Shown: in pieces, positions 28,319 to 36,292 of the stretch
Layout: the number at the start of each line of letters is the position of its first letter
Position numbering within the stretch: position 1 is the first letter of the stretch
From: a virus
Taxonomy: Duplodnaviria > Caudoviricetes
IMG/VR virus record: IMGVR_UViG_3300037310_000170
Location: 1 to 43,215 of that record
Reading direction: 5' to 3' (one strand)
DNA: 43,215 nt
The notes under the pieces: generated by a model
What the model saw: the letters and a program-made list of their open reading frames with translations, nothing else
Database searches by the model: none
Told to the model about the DNA's origin: nothing
Program-made: the position numbers and the translations under genes

Positions 28319-28516
28319 CTAGACCTCGCCACGCTGTTTTTTCCGCCGCTCGGCTGACCTGCGAGCCGCATCGGCACAAATCTCGTCCCAGAGTCGCACG
28401 ACCGTCAGGCGCTCGTCGGCAGATCCGACGAAGTCGAGGACGTCGTCATAGGACCGCAGGCGGCGCTCCCGACACGCCTTCGTTACCACGATCGTTTTGC
28501 CCTTGCGATGGATCAT
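28319..28516 (-). CDS. Hypothetical protein (65 aa)
   Basis: ATGA-coupled start MIHRKGKTIV. Confidence 0.5.
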   Translation of the reverse strand: MIHRKGKTIVVTKACRERRLRSYDDVLDFVGSADERLTVVRLWDEICADAARRSAERRKKQRGEV

Positions 28517-29241
28517 CTCCACGACTCCAAGATCCGCCAGTGCTCCGACCGCGCATCGCACCCATGCGACGCGTATCGCGGCGCGTTCGCGGCTAGCGCC
28601 TCGGCGACGCGCCAAGCCGCATCACCAGCGCCACACTCCGACTCAGCCTCGTCGAGCTGGTCGACGATACGGCGGAGGTAGCAGGTCGCGGAGTCGAGCA
28701 GGTCAGCACGCCGATCGCGGTCCCATCCACACCACCGTACCCACCATCCGTGCATCTGCATCGGACCGACGGCGCGAGCGACGCCATCGAGGACGTCGCC
28801 ATGGATGGGCCCGCCAGTCGACGCCGAGACCGTGCGCATGGAGGCCTCGCGACACCATGCCGCGAGCAGCATCCCCGCGGGCGCGCCGGCGTCCGCCTCG
28901 AGGCGCAGAAGCGCCAGCGCGAGCCACGGATCGGCGACGCGTCGATTGGTCTGTTGGCATCCGTCGATCGCCGTGACGACGACTTCGCGCTCGTCCTGCG
29001 TTGGCAGATCGTGGAGCAGGATGCCGAGCCTCTCGGGCACGACGTCGACGGTCACGGGGGCCGCGGCTTCGCAATATCCGACCGGCTCAGTAGAGAGGGT
29101 CCGAGTCCACACGATGACGGGCGGCGCGGCCTCGGCGACACACGCACGATCGCAGATGTAAGCGAGTCCAAAACATGCGGCTGAGCCGACAGTGAAGCCG
29201 AGCCATCCCCGCCAGGGCGTTGGGTCGTCGAGATCACGCAT
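28513..29241 (-). CDS. Membrane-anchored lytic transglycosylase / lysozyme-like protein
   Basis: N-terminal TM; LLAAWCREAS (catalytic Glu motif) and AVGPMQM of SLT-like domains. Confidence 0.65.
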   Translation of the reverse strand: MRDLDDPTPWRGWLGFTVGSAACFGLAYICDRACVAEAAPPVIVWTRTLSTEPVGYCEAAAPVTVDVVPERLGILLHDLPTQDEREVVVTAIDGCQQTNRRVADPWLALALLRLEADAGAPAGMLLAAWCREASMRTVSASTGGPIHGDVLDGVARAVGPMQMHGWWVRWCGWDRDRRADLLDSATCYLRRIVDQLDEAESECGAGDAAWRVAEALAANAPRYASHGCDARSEHWRILESWR

Positions 29242-29455
29242 GGAGGGGCTCCCGGACGAACGACCAGAGGCGAGGTGCGAGCGCGGCTATTGCCTCGGCC
29301 TGCTGGTGCATCGCGCCGAAGACGCCCCGCGGACTCCCCAGCGCAGCGACCTCGCCCCACGCGGCCGCGGCCGTCAGATGTGCTGCCGCGCGTGCGTAAT
29401 TGGCGCCGTAGCGCCACCGCAGACGCTGGCCACGCCTCAGCTTCGGGCGCCTCAT
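29234..29455 (-). CDS. Hypothetical protein
   Basis: 73-aa ORF overlapping the next gene by 8 nt. Confidence 0.45.
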   Translation of the reverse strand: MRRPKLRRGQRLRWRYGANYARAAAHLTAAAAWGEVAALGSPRGVFGAMHQQAEAIAALAPRLWSFVREPLHA

Positions 29456-29466
29456 GGCGCCACCGA

Positions 29467-29503
29467 TTGGCCGTCGGCGCGCAGATGCGTTACGATGGCG
29501 CCA
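29467..29503 (+). promoter_or_regulatory. Leaderless-type promoter of the lipoprotein gene
   Basis: TTGGCC-18-TACGAT, 6 nt before ATG 29503; no SD. Confidence 0.5.
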
Positions 29504-29871
29504 TGCGCTACCTGCTCCCCCTGCTCATGGTCACGGCCTCCTGCGGCATCCCCGTCACGCCGACGCCCGGCGATGTCGCCCTCATCGAGGGCGATCGGCT
29601 GCGCGCCTGCACAATCCACCTGGGGTGGACACCCGCCGTGCTGCGTGCGTACTGCGGCGAGCCCGAGCAAATCGTGGCGTGGGCGGGACATGATGGCTCT
29701 GGCGAGTGCTACCTCTACCGCACGAGCGCCCAGAGCTTCTCTGGGTGGCCGGCGGCGCCTCGGCTGGCCGCCTGCGTTGACCATGCGCTGTCCGCTGACA
29801 GCGGGCGGATGATTCACGACCCCGACGAGCCGCGGGTCGTGATCACGGTGTACGCGCTGCGCGAGCCCTAG
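29503..29871 (+). CDS. Lipoprotein (moron), SmpA/BamE-like motif
   Basis: MRYLLPLLMVTASC lipobox; IHLGWT...CGEP resembles the GMT...LG.P motif; opposite orientation to its neighbours. Confidence 0.7.
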   Translation: MRYLLPLLMVTASCGIPVTPTPGDVALIEGDRLRACTIHLGWTPAVLRAYCGEPEQIVAWAGHDGSGECYLYRTSAQSFSGWPAAPRLAACVDHALSADSGRMIHDPDEPRVVITVYALREP

Positions 29872-29873
29872 CC

Positions 29874-30140
29874 TCACGGCCCCGGCTCCTGAAGCGGGGG
29901 CGCGTCTACGGGCGGCTCGGGCATCTCGACGCCCATGGCCGCGAGCCAGGTCTCAGCGTCGACCTCCGGCAAGAGCGGCCGGATCTTTGCAGCCGTCTCC
30001 TTGCCGAGACCTCGCGCCCCAGACATCACCGTCGACAGGTGTGTCTGTGGCACACCTGCCGACTCGGCGACCCGTCCGACCCCCTTCGCCCGGACTGCGA
30101 TCCGGACGATCTCGATTGCCTCTTGTCGTGTCAGCGCCAT
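29874..30140 (-). CDS. cro: Cro-like repressor
   Basis: 88-aa HTH (VGRVAESAGVPQTHLSTVMSGAR), divergent from the CI-like gene. Confidence 0.75.
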   Translation of the reverse strand: MALTRQEAIEIVRIAVRAKGVGRVAESAGVPQTHLSTVMSGARGLGKETAAKIRPLLPEVDAETWLAAMGVEMPEPPVDAPPLQEPGP

Positions 30141-30145
30141 GCGCC

Positions 30146-30176
30146 TATATCAGCGGTGTGCTGATTGCAATGTCAA
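30146..30176 (-). promoter_or_regulatory. PR-like promoter with operator TCAGCGGTGTGCTGA
   Basis: TTGACA at 30176-30171 and AT-rich TGATATA just before the cro ATG; palindromic operator 30150-30164 between them. Confidence 0.7.
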
Positions 30177-30238
30177 GAGGTTCGTCACCGTCCCGCTGGC
30201 TGTTGGCCGGCGGCGCGGTCGCGCGCAGCATCCGACCG

Positions 30239-30853
30239 ATGGCGACACGCGACCCTATCGACGACGGCAACCATGGAGACTCTGGACCCGAGCGCGAGCC
30301 CGAGGGGCTCTCGGTGGCCGAGCGCCTTCAGGAACTCGGAGCAGCTCTCGGGCTCCGGCAGGCCGCGCTGGCGCGCTACCTCGACATTGATCCGCGACAC
30401 TTCAACGGCTTGTGGTCGGGGAAGAAGCGCGCGGGTTTGCCGTTGATCCGCCGAATCGCACGCAATAGCGGCCGGTCGATCGCATGGGTGTGCGGCGAAG
30501 AAGCCGCACGGCCACAGATCGGCACGGCCGATGCTCTGGGTCAGGTCGTGATGACAGCCAATACCGTCACCCCAGGGGTGATTTACTTCGTCGAGGGCTC
30601 TACGCATTTCGCGGCTGGCGCTCGTGTTCTTCTGGACCCCAGCGACCGCTTTGCGCCAGGTCAATGGCTGCTGATCCAGGCGCCGTCGGGCCAGGCTCCG
30701 TGGTTCGGGGCCGCCGTGGAGGACGCGGGGCGGCGCTATCTGATACGCGCTGACGGCGAGACCTTCGTCTACTCGGCTGAGCGCCATGCCATCATCGGAG
30801 TGGTCGTCGGCGTGCTCGACAGCCCTCCGCCGATACCGTCAGCGCAGCGCTGA
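30239..30853 (+). CDS. CI-like repressor (XRE HTH + degenerate S24-like domain)
   Basis: RLQEL...LGLRQAALARYLDIDPRHFNGLWSGKK...SIAWVCGE; C-terminal G..VLLDP...PG...IIGVVV pattern. Confidence 0.8.
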   Translation: MATRDPIDDGNHGDSGPEREPEGLSVAERLQELGAALGLRQAALARYLDIDPRHFNGLWSGKKRAGLPLIRRIARNSGRSIAWVCGEEAARPQIGTADALGQVVMTANTVTPGVIYFVEGSTHFAAGARVLLDPSDRFAPGQWLLIQAPSGQAPWFGAAVEDAGRRYLIRADGETFVYSAERHAIIGVVVGVLDSPPPIPSAQR

Positions 30854-30892
30854 TATTTTTTTATTGACACGTCAGCGGTGTGCTGACACGGT
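30839..30892 (+). promoter_or_regulatory. PL-like promoter with two operators
   Basis: T-tract UP element and TTGACA(30864)-17-CACGGT; TCAGCGCAGCGCTGA (30839-30853) and TCAGCGGTGTGCTGA (30872-30886). Confidence 0.75.
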
Positions 30893-30921
30893 GGCCTTCG
30901 TCTCTCACGAAGAGGTGCACC

Positions 30922-31221
30922 GTGCAACTCACAGGCTCAGTAGCGTTTGGCAATCTCCGACTCGTCGTTGCGACCGTCGACGACTCGGTGTGTGTCGAGG
31001 TCCAGCGTCACCACGGCTCGTGGCTCGTGGTGGTCGAGCACGTCGAGCGTCTGGCGACGGGCGATGCGGTCCTCGACTACCTGGTGCGAGTCGCGCCTGT
31101 TGAGCGGCTCGTGGCGCTGGTCGTGCGTGCGTGGGCGACGTTGCAGTGTGAGCGCGCCGCCGCGCGCGTGATCGATGTGGCCATGATCGAGACGCATCTC
31201 GATCTGGAGATGCTGTCGTGA
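30922..31221 (+). CDS. Hypothetical early protein
   Basis: GTG start after GAGG; GTGA overlap with the next gene. Confidence 0.55.
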   Translation: MQLTGSVAFGNLRLVVATVDDSVCVEVQRHHGSWLVVVEHVERLATGDAVLDYLVRVAPVERLVALVVRAWATLQCERAAARVIDVAMIETHLDLEMLS

Positions 31222-31544
31222 CCCCCGCCGCCATGTCGGCGGGGACTGCTCCGGGCCCGTGCACCGAACGGGAGAGTGGTGACGATGGTGACGGGACCCG
31301 GAGCCTTCTTCCGCCGACCCGCCGCACGGAGCGGGTGCCCGTCGACCCCGGGCCGATGCCGCCGCGGTGGCGGAGCTCTAACATCGAGCCTTTCGATGAG
31401 ACTCGATACGAGCACGCGACCGCGAGCGTCTCACTGGTGTGGGATCTGTGGCAGCTCGTCCGGATCGATGGCCGGTGCACCGGCCGCGATGAGCTACGCG
31501 ACCTGGCCGCGCTGCTCGAGTGGCTCGCCGGGGGCGGCCGATGA
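31218..31544 (+). CDS. Hypothetical early protein
   Basis: Coupled overlaps on both sides. Confidence 0.5.
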   Translation: MTPAAMSAGTAPGPCTERESGDDGDGTRSLLPPTRRTERVPVDPGPMPPRWRSSNIEPFDETRYEHATASVSLVWDLWQLVRIDGRCTGRDELRDLAALLEWLAGGGR

Positions 31545-31819
31545 GCGCGCGCCTCGTTGCAGCCGGCCGCGTCCGGCAGCTCGCGTTCGCTGGCGCGAAC
31601 GAGCTTGAGACGTCGCGCGCCTTGCTCGCGGAGTTGTCGGAGCTGCTTCGCACCTACTACCAGCGGCGCCTTGTCGACGTCGCCGGCGAGCGCGTCGAGA
31701 CCACGCATCGCGTGGGGCCGACCGAGCTGCGCGCGTGGTGGGGTCGGCACGAGGCCGGACTCGTCGCGGCGCACCGAGACATGGCTGAGGCGTTCGTCGC
31801 GCCTTTGTGGGGGGCCTAA
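31541..31819 (+). CDS. Hypothetical early protein
   Basis: ATGA and TAATG coupling. Confidence 0.55.
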   Translation: MSARLVAAGRVRQLAFAGANELETSRALLAELSELLRTYYQRRLVDVAGERVETTHRVGPTELRAWWGRHEAGLVAAHRDMAEAFVAPLWGA

Positions 31820-32217
31820 TGAGGGTCTTGCATATTGGCAAATTCGATTTGCTCGACGTCGAAATGGGCGCACTCATCCAGTGCGACACACTCGAGGAGT
31901 TGCGCGCGCTCGGGTCGCTCATCTACTGCGACGTCGTCGTGCGTGAGGCTCGGGCGCAACTCTCGACTCAGCCGACATCGACTCAGCCGACATCGGCGCC
32001 GGCGGCGTCGCCACCACCGGCAGCTCGGCCGGCTGGCAGTAATTTCGACCGCGCGCTCGCGTACCTGCGAGACCATCCAGTGGCAATCGCATCCCCTGCA
32101 CTCAGGGACGCCGTTGGCGTCCCCAAAGGCTCGTGGTGCGATGTGGTCGAGAGGCTGAGCTCCTCGCCGCAGGTGGCGACCTCGGGTCCGCCGAGGACGT
32201 TCCGGTGGCGCGCATGA
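31819..32217 (+). CDS. Hypothetical protein with C-terminal winged-helix-like domain
   Basis: Pro/Thr linker with a duplicated STQPT, then RALAYLR...SPALRDAVGV...W..VVERL. Confidence 0.55.
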   Translation: MRVLHIGKFDLLDVEMGALIQCDTLEELRALGSLIYCDVVVREARAQLSTQPTSTQPTSAPAASPPPAARPAGSNFDRALAYLRDHPVAIASPALRDAVGVPKGSWCDVVERLSSSPQVATSGPPRTFRWRA

Positions 32218-33125
32218 TCCTCCGCGCCGGCGAGGTCGACATGCACGCGGTCGTCTATCTGGTCGAGGACACACCAGATGGCCCGAGCCGCATGGCGTGG
32301 TGCGAGGTGATCGAGCGCGATGGTCGACGGGTCTTCGCGGGTCACGCGCTCGGCGACGATGTCGCACGCGAGCTCGAGTTGCCTGATGACGGTCGCCGCG
32401 TCGAGACGCTGGTCGCCGACGTCGTGACGCCACCAACGTCGGCGTGGAAGTCGGGGGCGTGGCTCGTCGTGGACACAGAGACGACCGGGCTCAGAGACGC
32501 GTGCATCGTCGAGCTCGGCGCGGTCATCATGCGCGAGGGCGTGGTCATCGAGCACCGCTCTGCGCTGTATCGTCCCGACCGCCCGATTGAGGACGGGGCG
32601 GCCGCAGTGCACGGCATCACGAACGCGCGCGTCGCCACCCGTCCGCAGATCCGAGACCGCGACCCGCGGACGGGGCGCACGCCGGCCGAGGGCCTCGACG
32701 CGCTGTGCGCGCAGCACGACGTACAGGCGATCGTGGCCTACAACGGGCTCACGTTCGATCTGCCGCTACTGAGGCGAGAGTTGGGGCCGCGCTGGCGGGA
32801 GATCGAGGACGCCGTCGGGCTCGTGGTCGACCCGCTCGTGGTGGTGCGTCTCGACTCGGTGGGCAGGATGTGGAAGGGGCAGGGACGTCACAAGCTGACG
32901 GCGGTCGCCGATCGGCTGAAGCTCACCGAGCCCGAGCCTGGGCTGCAGTCGGTCGCACACCGCGCGGTGTGGGACTGCGTGCTCGCCGGGCGCATCCTCT
33001 GGCGTTTGCGCGCGCACGTCCCCGACGACCCTGCCGAGTGCCGACGCCTCATCGAGGCGACGGGGCGGCAGCAGCGCGAGGACCTCGACGCCTACTGGGC
33101 CGCGCGGAACGGAGAGCGGCGATGA
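32214..33125 (+). CDS. DEDDh 3'-5' exonuclease (DnaQ-like)
   Basis: VVDTETTG, IVELG, VHGIT, AYNGLTFD, AHRAVWDC. Confidence 0.9.
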   Translation: MILRAGEVDMHAVVYLVEDTPDGPSRMAWCEVIERDGRRVFAGHALGDDVARELELPDDGRRVETLVADVVTPPTSAWKSGAWLVVDTETTGLRDACIVELGAVIMREGVVIEHRSALYRPDRPIEDGAAAVHGITNARVATRPQIRDRDPRTGRTPAEGLDALCAQHDVQAIVAYNGLTFDLPLLRRELGPRWREIEDAVGLVVDPLVVVRLDSVGRMWKGQGRHKLTAVADRLKLTEPEPGLQSVAHRAVWDCVLAGRILWRLRAHVPDDPAECRRLIEATGRQQREDLDAYWAARNGERR

Positions 33126-34159
33126 CGACGGTCGGAGTGCAGATCGCGGGTGGACCTCTCCTGCCTGCGGCACGGCGCGTGCGCGTTTTTAGCGACCGGG
33201 ACGCGTGGGTCGAGGGTCGTCGTGTCGGGCTCGGCTCGAGCGACGTTGCGGCGATCCTCGGCGTGTCGCCGTATCGGTCGGGGTGGGACATCTACCTCGA
33301 GCGCGTGCTCGATCGGCGTCCGGCGCCCGACGCGCGGCGCGAGCGCTACTACGCCCGCGGTCATCGCGAGGAGCCGCGCATCCTCGAGGACTACGCCGAC
33401 GAGGTCGGCGCCGCGGTGATGCCGCTTCGCCAGGTCATCGTCGAGGGCCCGGCACCGCTGGCGGTCTCGCCGGACAGCCTCGTGCAGCCCGAGGGCTGGG
33501 GCTGGGGTCTGGGCGAGTGCAAGACCGATCGGACGTTCGCGTGGGGCCCGTCCGGCACGGTCATCGAGCGGTGGTCCTCGTCGGCGCGCGAGCTCGTGCG
33601 CGAGGACCACGCTGCGCAGGTCTACTCGCAGCTCATCGCGACCGGCCTGCCCTTCGGCGTGTTGGCGGTGCGCCGCGACATGGACGACCTGCGCCACTTC
33701 GTCCTGGTCGCCGACGAGCGCCTGCAGGCGCGGATGCTCGAGCGCCTGTCGGAGTGGTGGCACAAGCACATCATCGGTCGCGAGCCGCCGCCCAACGACG
33801 GCTCCGAGGCCTGCGCCCGAGCGAAGGAGCGGCTCTACGGCGGCGCTGGGCGCGAGAAGAAGACGCGTCCGGCGACGACCGATGAGGTCGCCATCGCACG
33901 CGAGCTCGTCGCGACCAAGACCGAGATCCAGCGGCTGCAGGACCGGGAGCGACGGCTCCGGAGCGACCTTGCCGACGCCATCGGCGAGGGCTACGGCATC
34001 GCCTGGGAGTGGGCGGGCGGGACGTCCAAGGTCCTCTACGTCGACGTCACCGGCCGCGAGCTCGTCGACGTCGACAAGCTCCGACGAGAGCACCCCGAGG
34101 TCCACGCGAAGGTCGTGCGGACCACCGAGCCGAGCCGGCAGATCCGGCTCTACATCTGA
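33122..34159 (+). CDS. YqaJ-like viral recombinase exonuclease
   Basis: RRVGLGSSDVAAILGVSPYRS, GHREEP, SPD, ECKT, QVYSQL. Confidence 0.92.
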   Translation: MTTVGVQIAGGPLLPAARRVRVFSDRDAWVEGRRVGLGSSDVAAILGVSPYRSGWDIYLERVLDRRPAPDARRERYYARGHREEPRILEDYADEVGAAVMPLRQVIVEGPAPLAVSPDSLVQPEGWGWGLGECKTDRTFAWGPSGTVIERWSSSARELVREDHAAQVYSQLIATGLPFGVLAVRRDMDDLRHFVLVADERLQARMLERLSEWWHKHIIGREPPPNDGSEACARAKERLYGGAGREKKTRPATTDEVAIARELVATKTEIQRLQDRERRLRSDLADAIGEGYGIAWEWAGGTSKVLYVDVTGRELVDVDKLRREHPEVHAKVVRTTEPSRQIRLYI

Positions 34160-34169
34160 GAGGGAGACC

Positions 34170-35186
34170 ATGGTTGCACAGCAACAAAGCGCGTACGCGC
34201 AACACACCCAGGTTGTCGACGTCGGCGGGTATATGCCCGCGAACGTCCCCCAGCAGCCAGCGAGCGACCTCGCCGCGCTCTTGCCGCGCGCGCCGCACAA
34301 GCGCGACGAGAACCGCCTCATCGAGACGGCGAGGCGCATCGGCGAGCGCATGGGCATGACCTTCGACGCCTCGGGGAAGTCGCGCGCCATCTACAGCTTC
34401 CCCGCGGGCGGCTCGACGGTCGAAGGCCCGACGGTTTGGCTCGTCGAGGCGCTCTGGCAGGAGTACGGCGACATCATCGTCAAGAACAAGGTGCGGGAGG
34501 AGCGCGGTGGGCGCGTGACAATCACCACGTCGATCGTCGACATGGTGAACCGCACCGGCTACGAGCGGGAGAACATGTCGACGCTGCCGCCGGCGCCGGG
34601 CAAATTCGGGAACAAGCCCGACCAGGTCGAGCGCTGGGCGACGATGCAGCTGCAGGCGTCGATCTCGAAGGCGGAGCGCACGACGGTCGAGCACTTCCTC
34701 CCGCGCTGGTACGTGGACACGGCGATGGACGCCGCGCGGCGTGCGATGTCGGCCGAGATCCTGAAGGACCGCGACGGCAAGCCGATCACGCTCGAGCAGG
34801 GGTTCGCGCTGGCGATCGAGGCCTACGGCAAGCGGTTCGGGATCACGCTCGAGCAACTCGAGGAGTACATCGGAGAGGCGCGCGCGCTGTGGACGCTGGG
34901 CGACTTCGCCGAGCTGCGCGGCCTGCAGGGGCAGCTCGCGCGTGGCGAGGTGGCGGTGGCCAAGGTGTTCCCGCCGAAGGCGGCGACCACGGCGAAGACC
35001 GAGCCGCCGAAGTCCGAAGGCCTCGACGGTCTGGCCGGCGATGAGGGTGCCGAGCCGAAGCCGAACAGCCCGAACGAGCCCGCGCCGCGCAAGGCGCCGC
35101 CGAAGAAATCCGCGACCGCGACCGCCCCGGCACCCGTGACCGCGCCCGTTGAGCCGATCGTGGTGGCCGAGCCACCCCAGACCTGA
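34170..35186 (+). CDS. Putative single-strand annealing / recombination partner
   Basis: Directly after YqaJ; YSFP.GG..VEGPT..L.EAL...YG motif; disordered Pro/Lys C-tail. Confidence 0.55.
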   Translation: MVAQQQSAYAQHTQVVDVGGYMPANVPQQPASDLAALLPRAPHKRDENRLIETARRIGERMGMTFDASGKSRAIYSFPAGGSTVEGPTVWLVEALWQEYGDIIVKNKVREERGGRVTITTSIVDMVNRTGYERENMSTLPPAPGKFGNKPDQVERWATMQLQASISKAERTTVEHFLPRWYVDTAMDAARRAMSAEILKDRDGKPITLEQGFALAIEAYGKRFGITLEQLEEYIGEARALWTLGDFAELRGLQGQLARGEVAVAKVFPPKAATTAKTEPPKSEGLDGLAGDEGAEPKPNSPNEPAPRKAPPKKSATATAPAPVTAPVEPIVVAEPPQT

Positions 35187-35194
35187 GGTCGCTG

Positions 35195-35407
35195 ATGATG
35201 GTCTACGCGCAGTCGCGGTTCGGACTCGACTTGGAGATCCCGCCTAAGGCGCCCGTGGTCGCGCTCGTCGATGGCGATGTGCTGATCACGATGGGCGTCG
35301 CGGGCCTGCCGCGACTGGAGGGGCGGCACGAGTACACCGAGGCGGAGATCGCAGCGGCTCGGTTCTCGTTTTCGGCTTGGGGCGTGGCTGAGGATGTGCC
35401 GTTTTGA
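35195..35407 (+). CDS. Hypothetical protein
   Basis: GAGG RBS; acidic EDVPF C-terminus resembling the SSB interaction tail. Confidence 0.5.
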   Translation: MMVYAQSRFGLDLEIPPKAPVVALVDGDVLITMGVAGLPRLEGRHEYTEAEIAAARFSFSAWGVAEDVPF

Positions 35408-35913
35408 CGACGCTCGATGTCATCGTGCCCGGCCAGCCGCAGGGCTACCAGCGCCCTGGTGTGCGCGTCGTCCAGGCGGGCGGGCGCACGTGGGCGCAGC
35501 ACTACGAGCAGGCGGCGACCCGATCGTGGCGATCGGTCGCCGTCGGCGTAATGACGACCGAGGACGGTTCTCCGCTCGCACGTGTCGAGGATGCGCCCGT
35601 GCGCGTCACGATCGAGGCCGTCGGGGTCCGGCCGAGCGGCGTCGTCAAACGCCTGGGCCTTGGGCGGCTGTGGCGCACGCGCAAGCCGGACGTAGATAAC
35701 GTCAGCAAGGCCGTGCTCGACGCGCTGGTGACCGCGGGCGTGTTGCGTGACGACGTGCTCGTCGCGGAGCTCGTCGCGCGGTCACTGGTCGCCGCTGACG
35801 GCGAGGCGCCGCATACGCGCGTCATTGTGGACGTCCTCGACCCGCTCCCGCTTGTGCCAGCGCCGGCGACGTCGCGCGCGAAGGCGGCGCCGAGCTCGGG
35901 GAGCCTCCTGTGA
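35404..35913 (+). CDS. rusA: RusA-family Holliday junction resolvase
   Basis: VPGQPQG..RP...KPDVDNVSKAVLDAL..AGVLRDD..V. Confidence 0.9.
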   Translation: MTTLDVIVPGQPQGYQRPGVRVVQAGGRTWAQHYEQAATRSWRSVAVGVMTTEDGSPLARVEDAPVRVTIEAVGVRPSGVVKRLGLGRLWRTRKPDVDNVSKAVLDALVTAGVLRDDVLVAELVARSLVAADGEAPHTRVIVDVLDPLPLVPAPATSRAKAAPSSGSLL

Positions 35914-35920
35914 GCTGGCG

Positions 35921-36292
35921 ATGACAGGATGGTGGCCCACGACGCGGGTGTTGGAGCATCTGGCTTGCTCGCGCGACTACCTGTCGGCCATGATGGCCGC
36001 GTGCCCGCCGCACATCGCGCGCCCGTGGGTGCGCCGCGGGCGGGTCTACTCGTGGGAGTCCGCCGCGCTCGATGCGTGGTGGCGGGAGCTGCACCAATGG
36101 CGAGCATCGAGCGTCGCGGCGATGGGTGGCGTGTGCGTTGGCGTAACCCCGGCGAGCGAGTCGTCCGCTCGCGGAGCTGTCCCACCGCCGCCATCGCGCG
36201 GACGGTTGCGCGAGAGATCGACGCGGCCGCCGCCCTCGGCAGACCGTGGCCGCCTCCCACCGCTGCGCGAGATCCTGAGCCGCGATACGTGA
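35921..36292 (+). CDS. Excisionase-like protein
   Basis: WWPTTRVLEHLACSRDYL...PW.RRGRVYSW..AALDAW (AlpA/Xis-like) immediately before int. Confidence 0.6.
   Translation: MTGWWPTTRVLEHLACSRDYLSAMMAACPPHIARPWVRRGRVYSWESAALDAWWRELHQWRASSVAAMGGVCVGVTPASESSARGAVPPPPSRGRLRERSTRPPPSADRGRLPPLREILSRDT

Noticed and set aside
29452-29877. Minus-strand 141-aa ORF that would link cro to the downstream operon by 4-nt overlaps
   Set aside because: It has no recognisable features, whereas the opposite strand has a lipobox and promoter; not fully excluded given the neat overlaps
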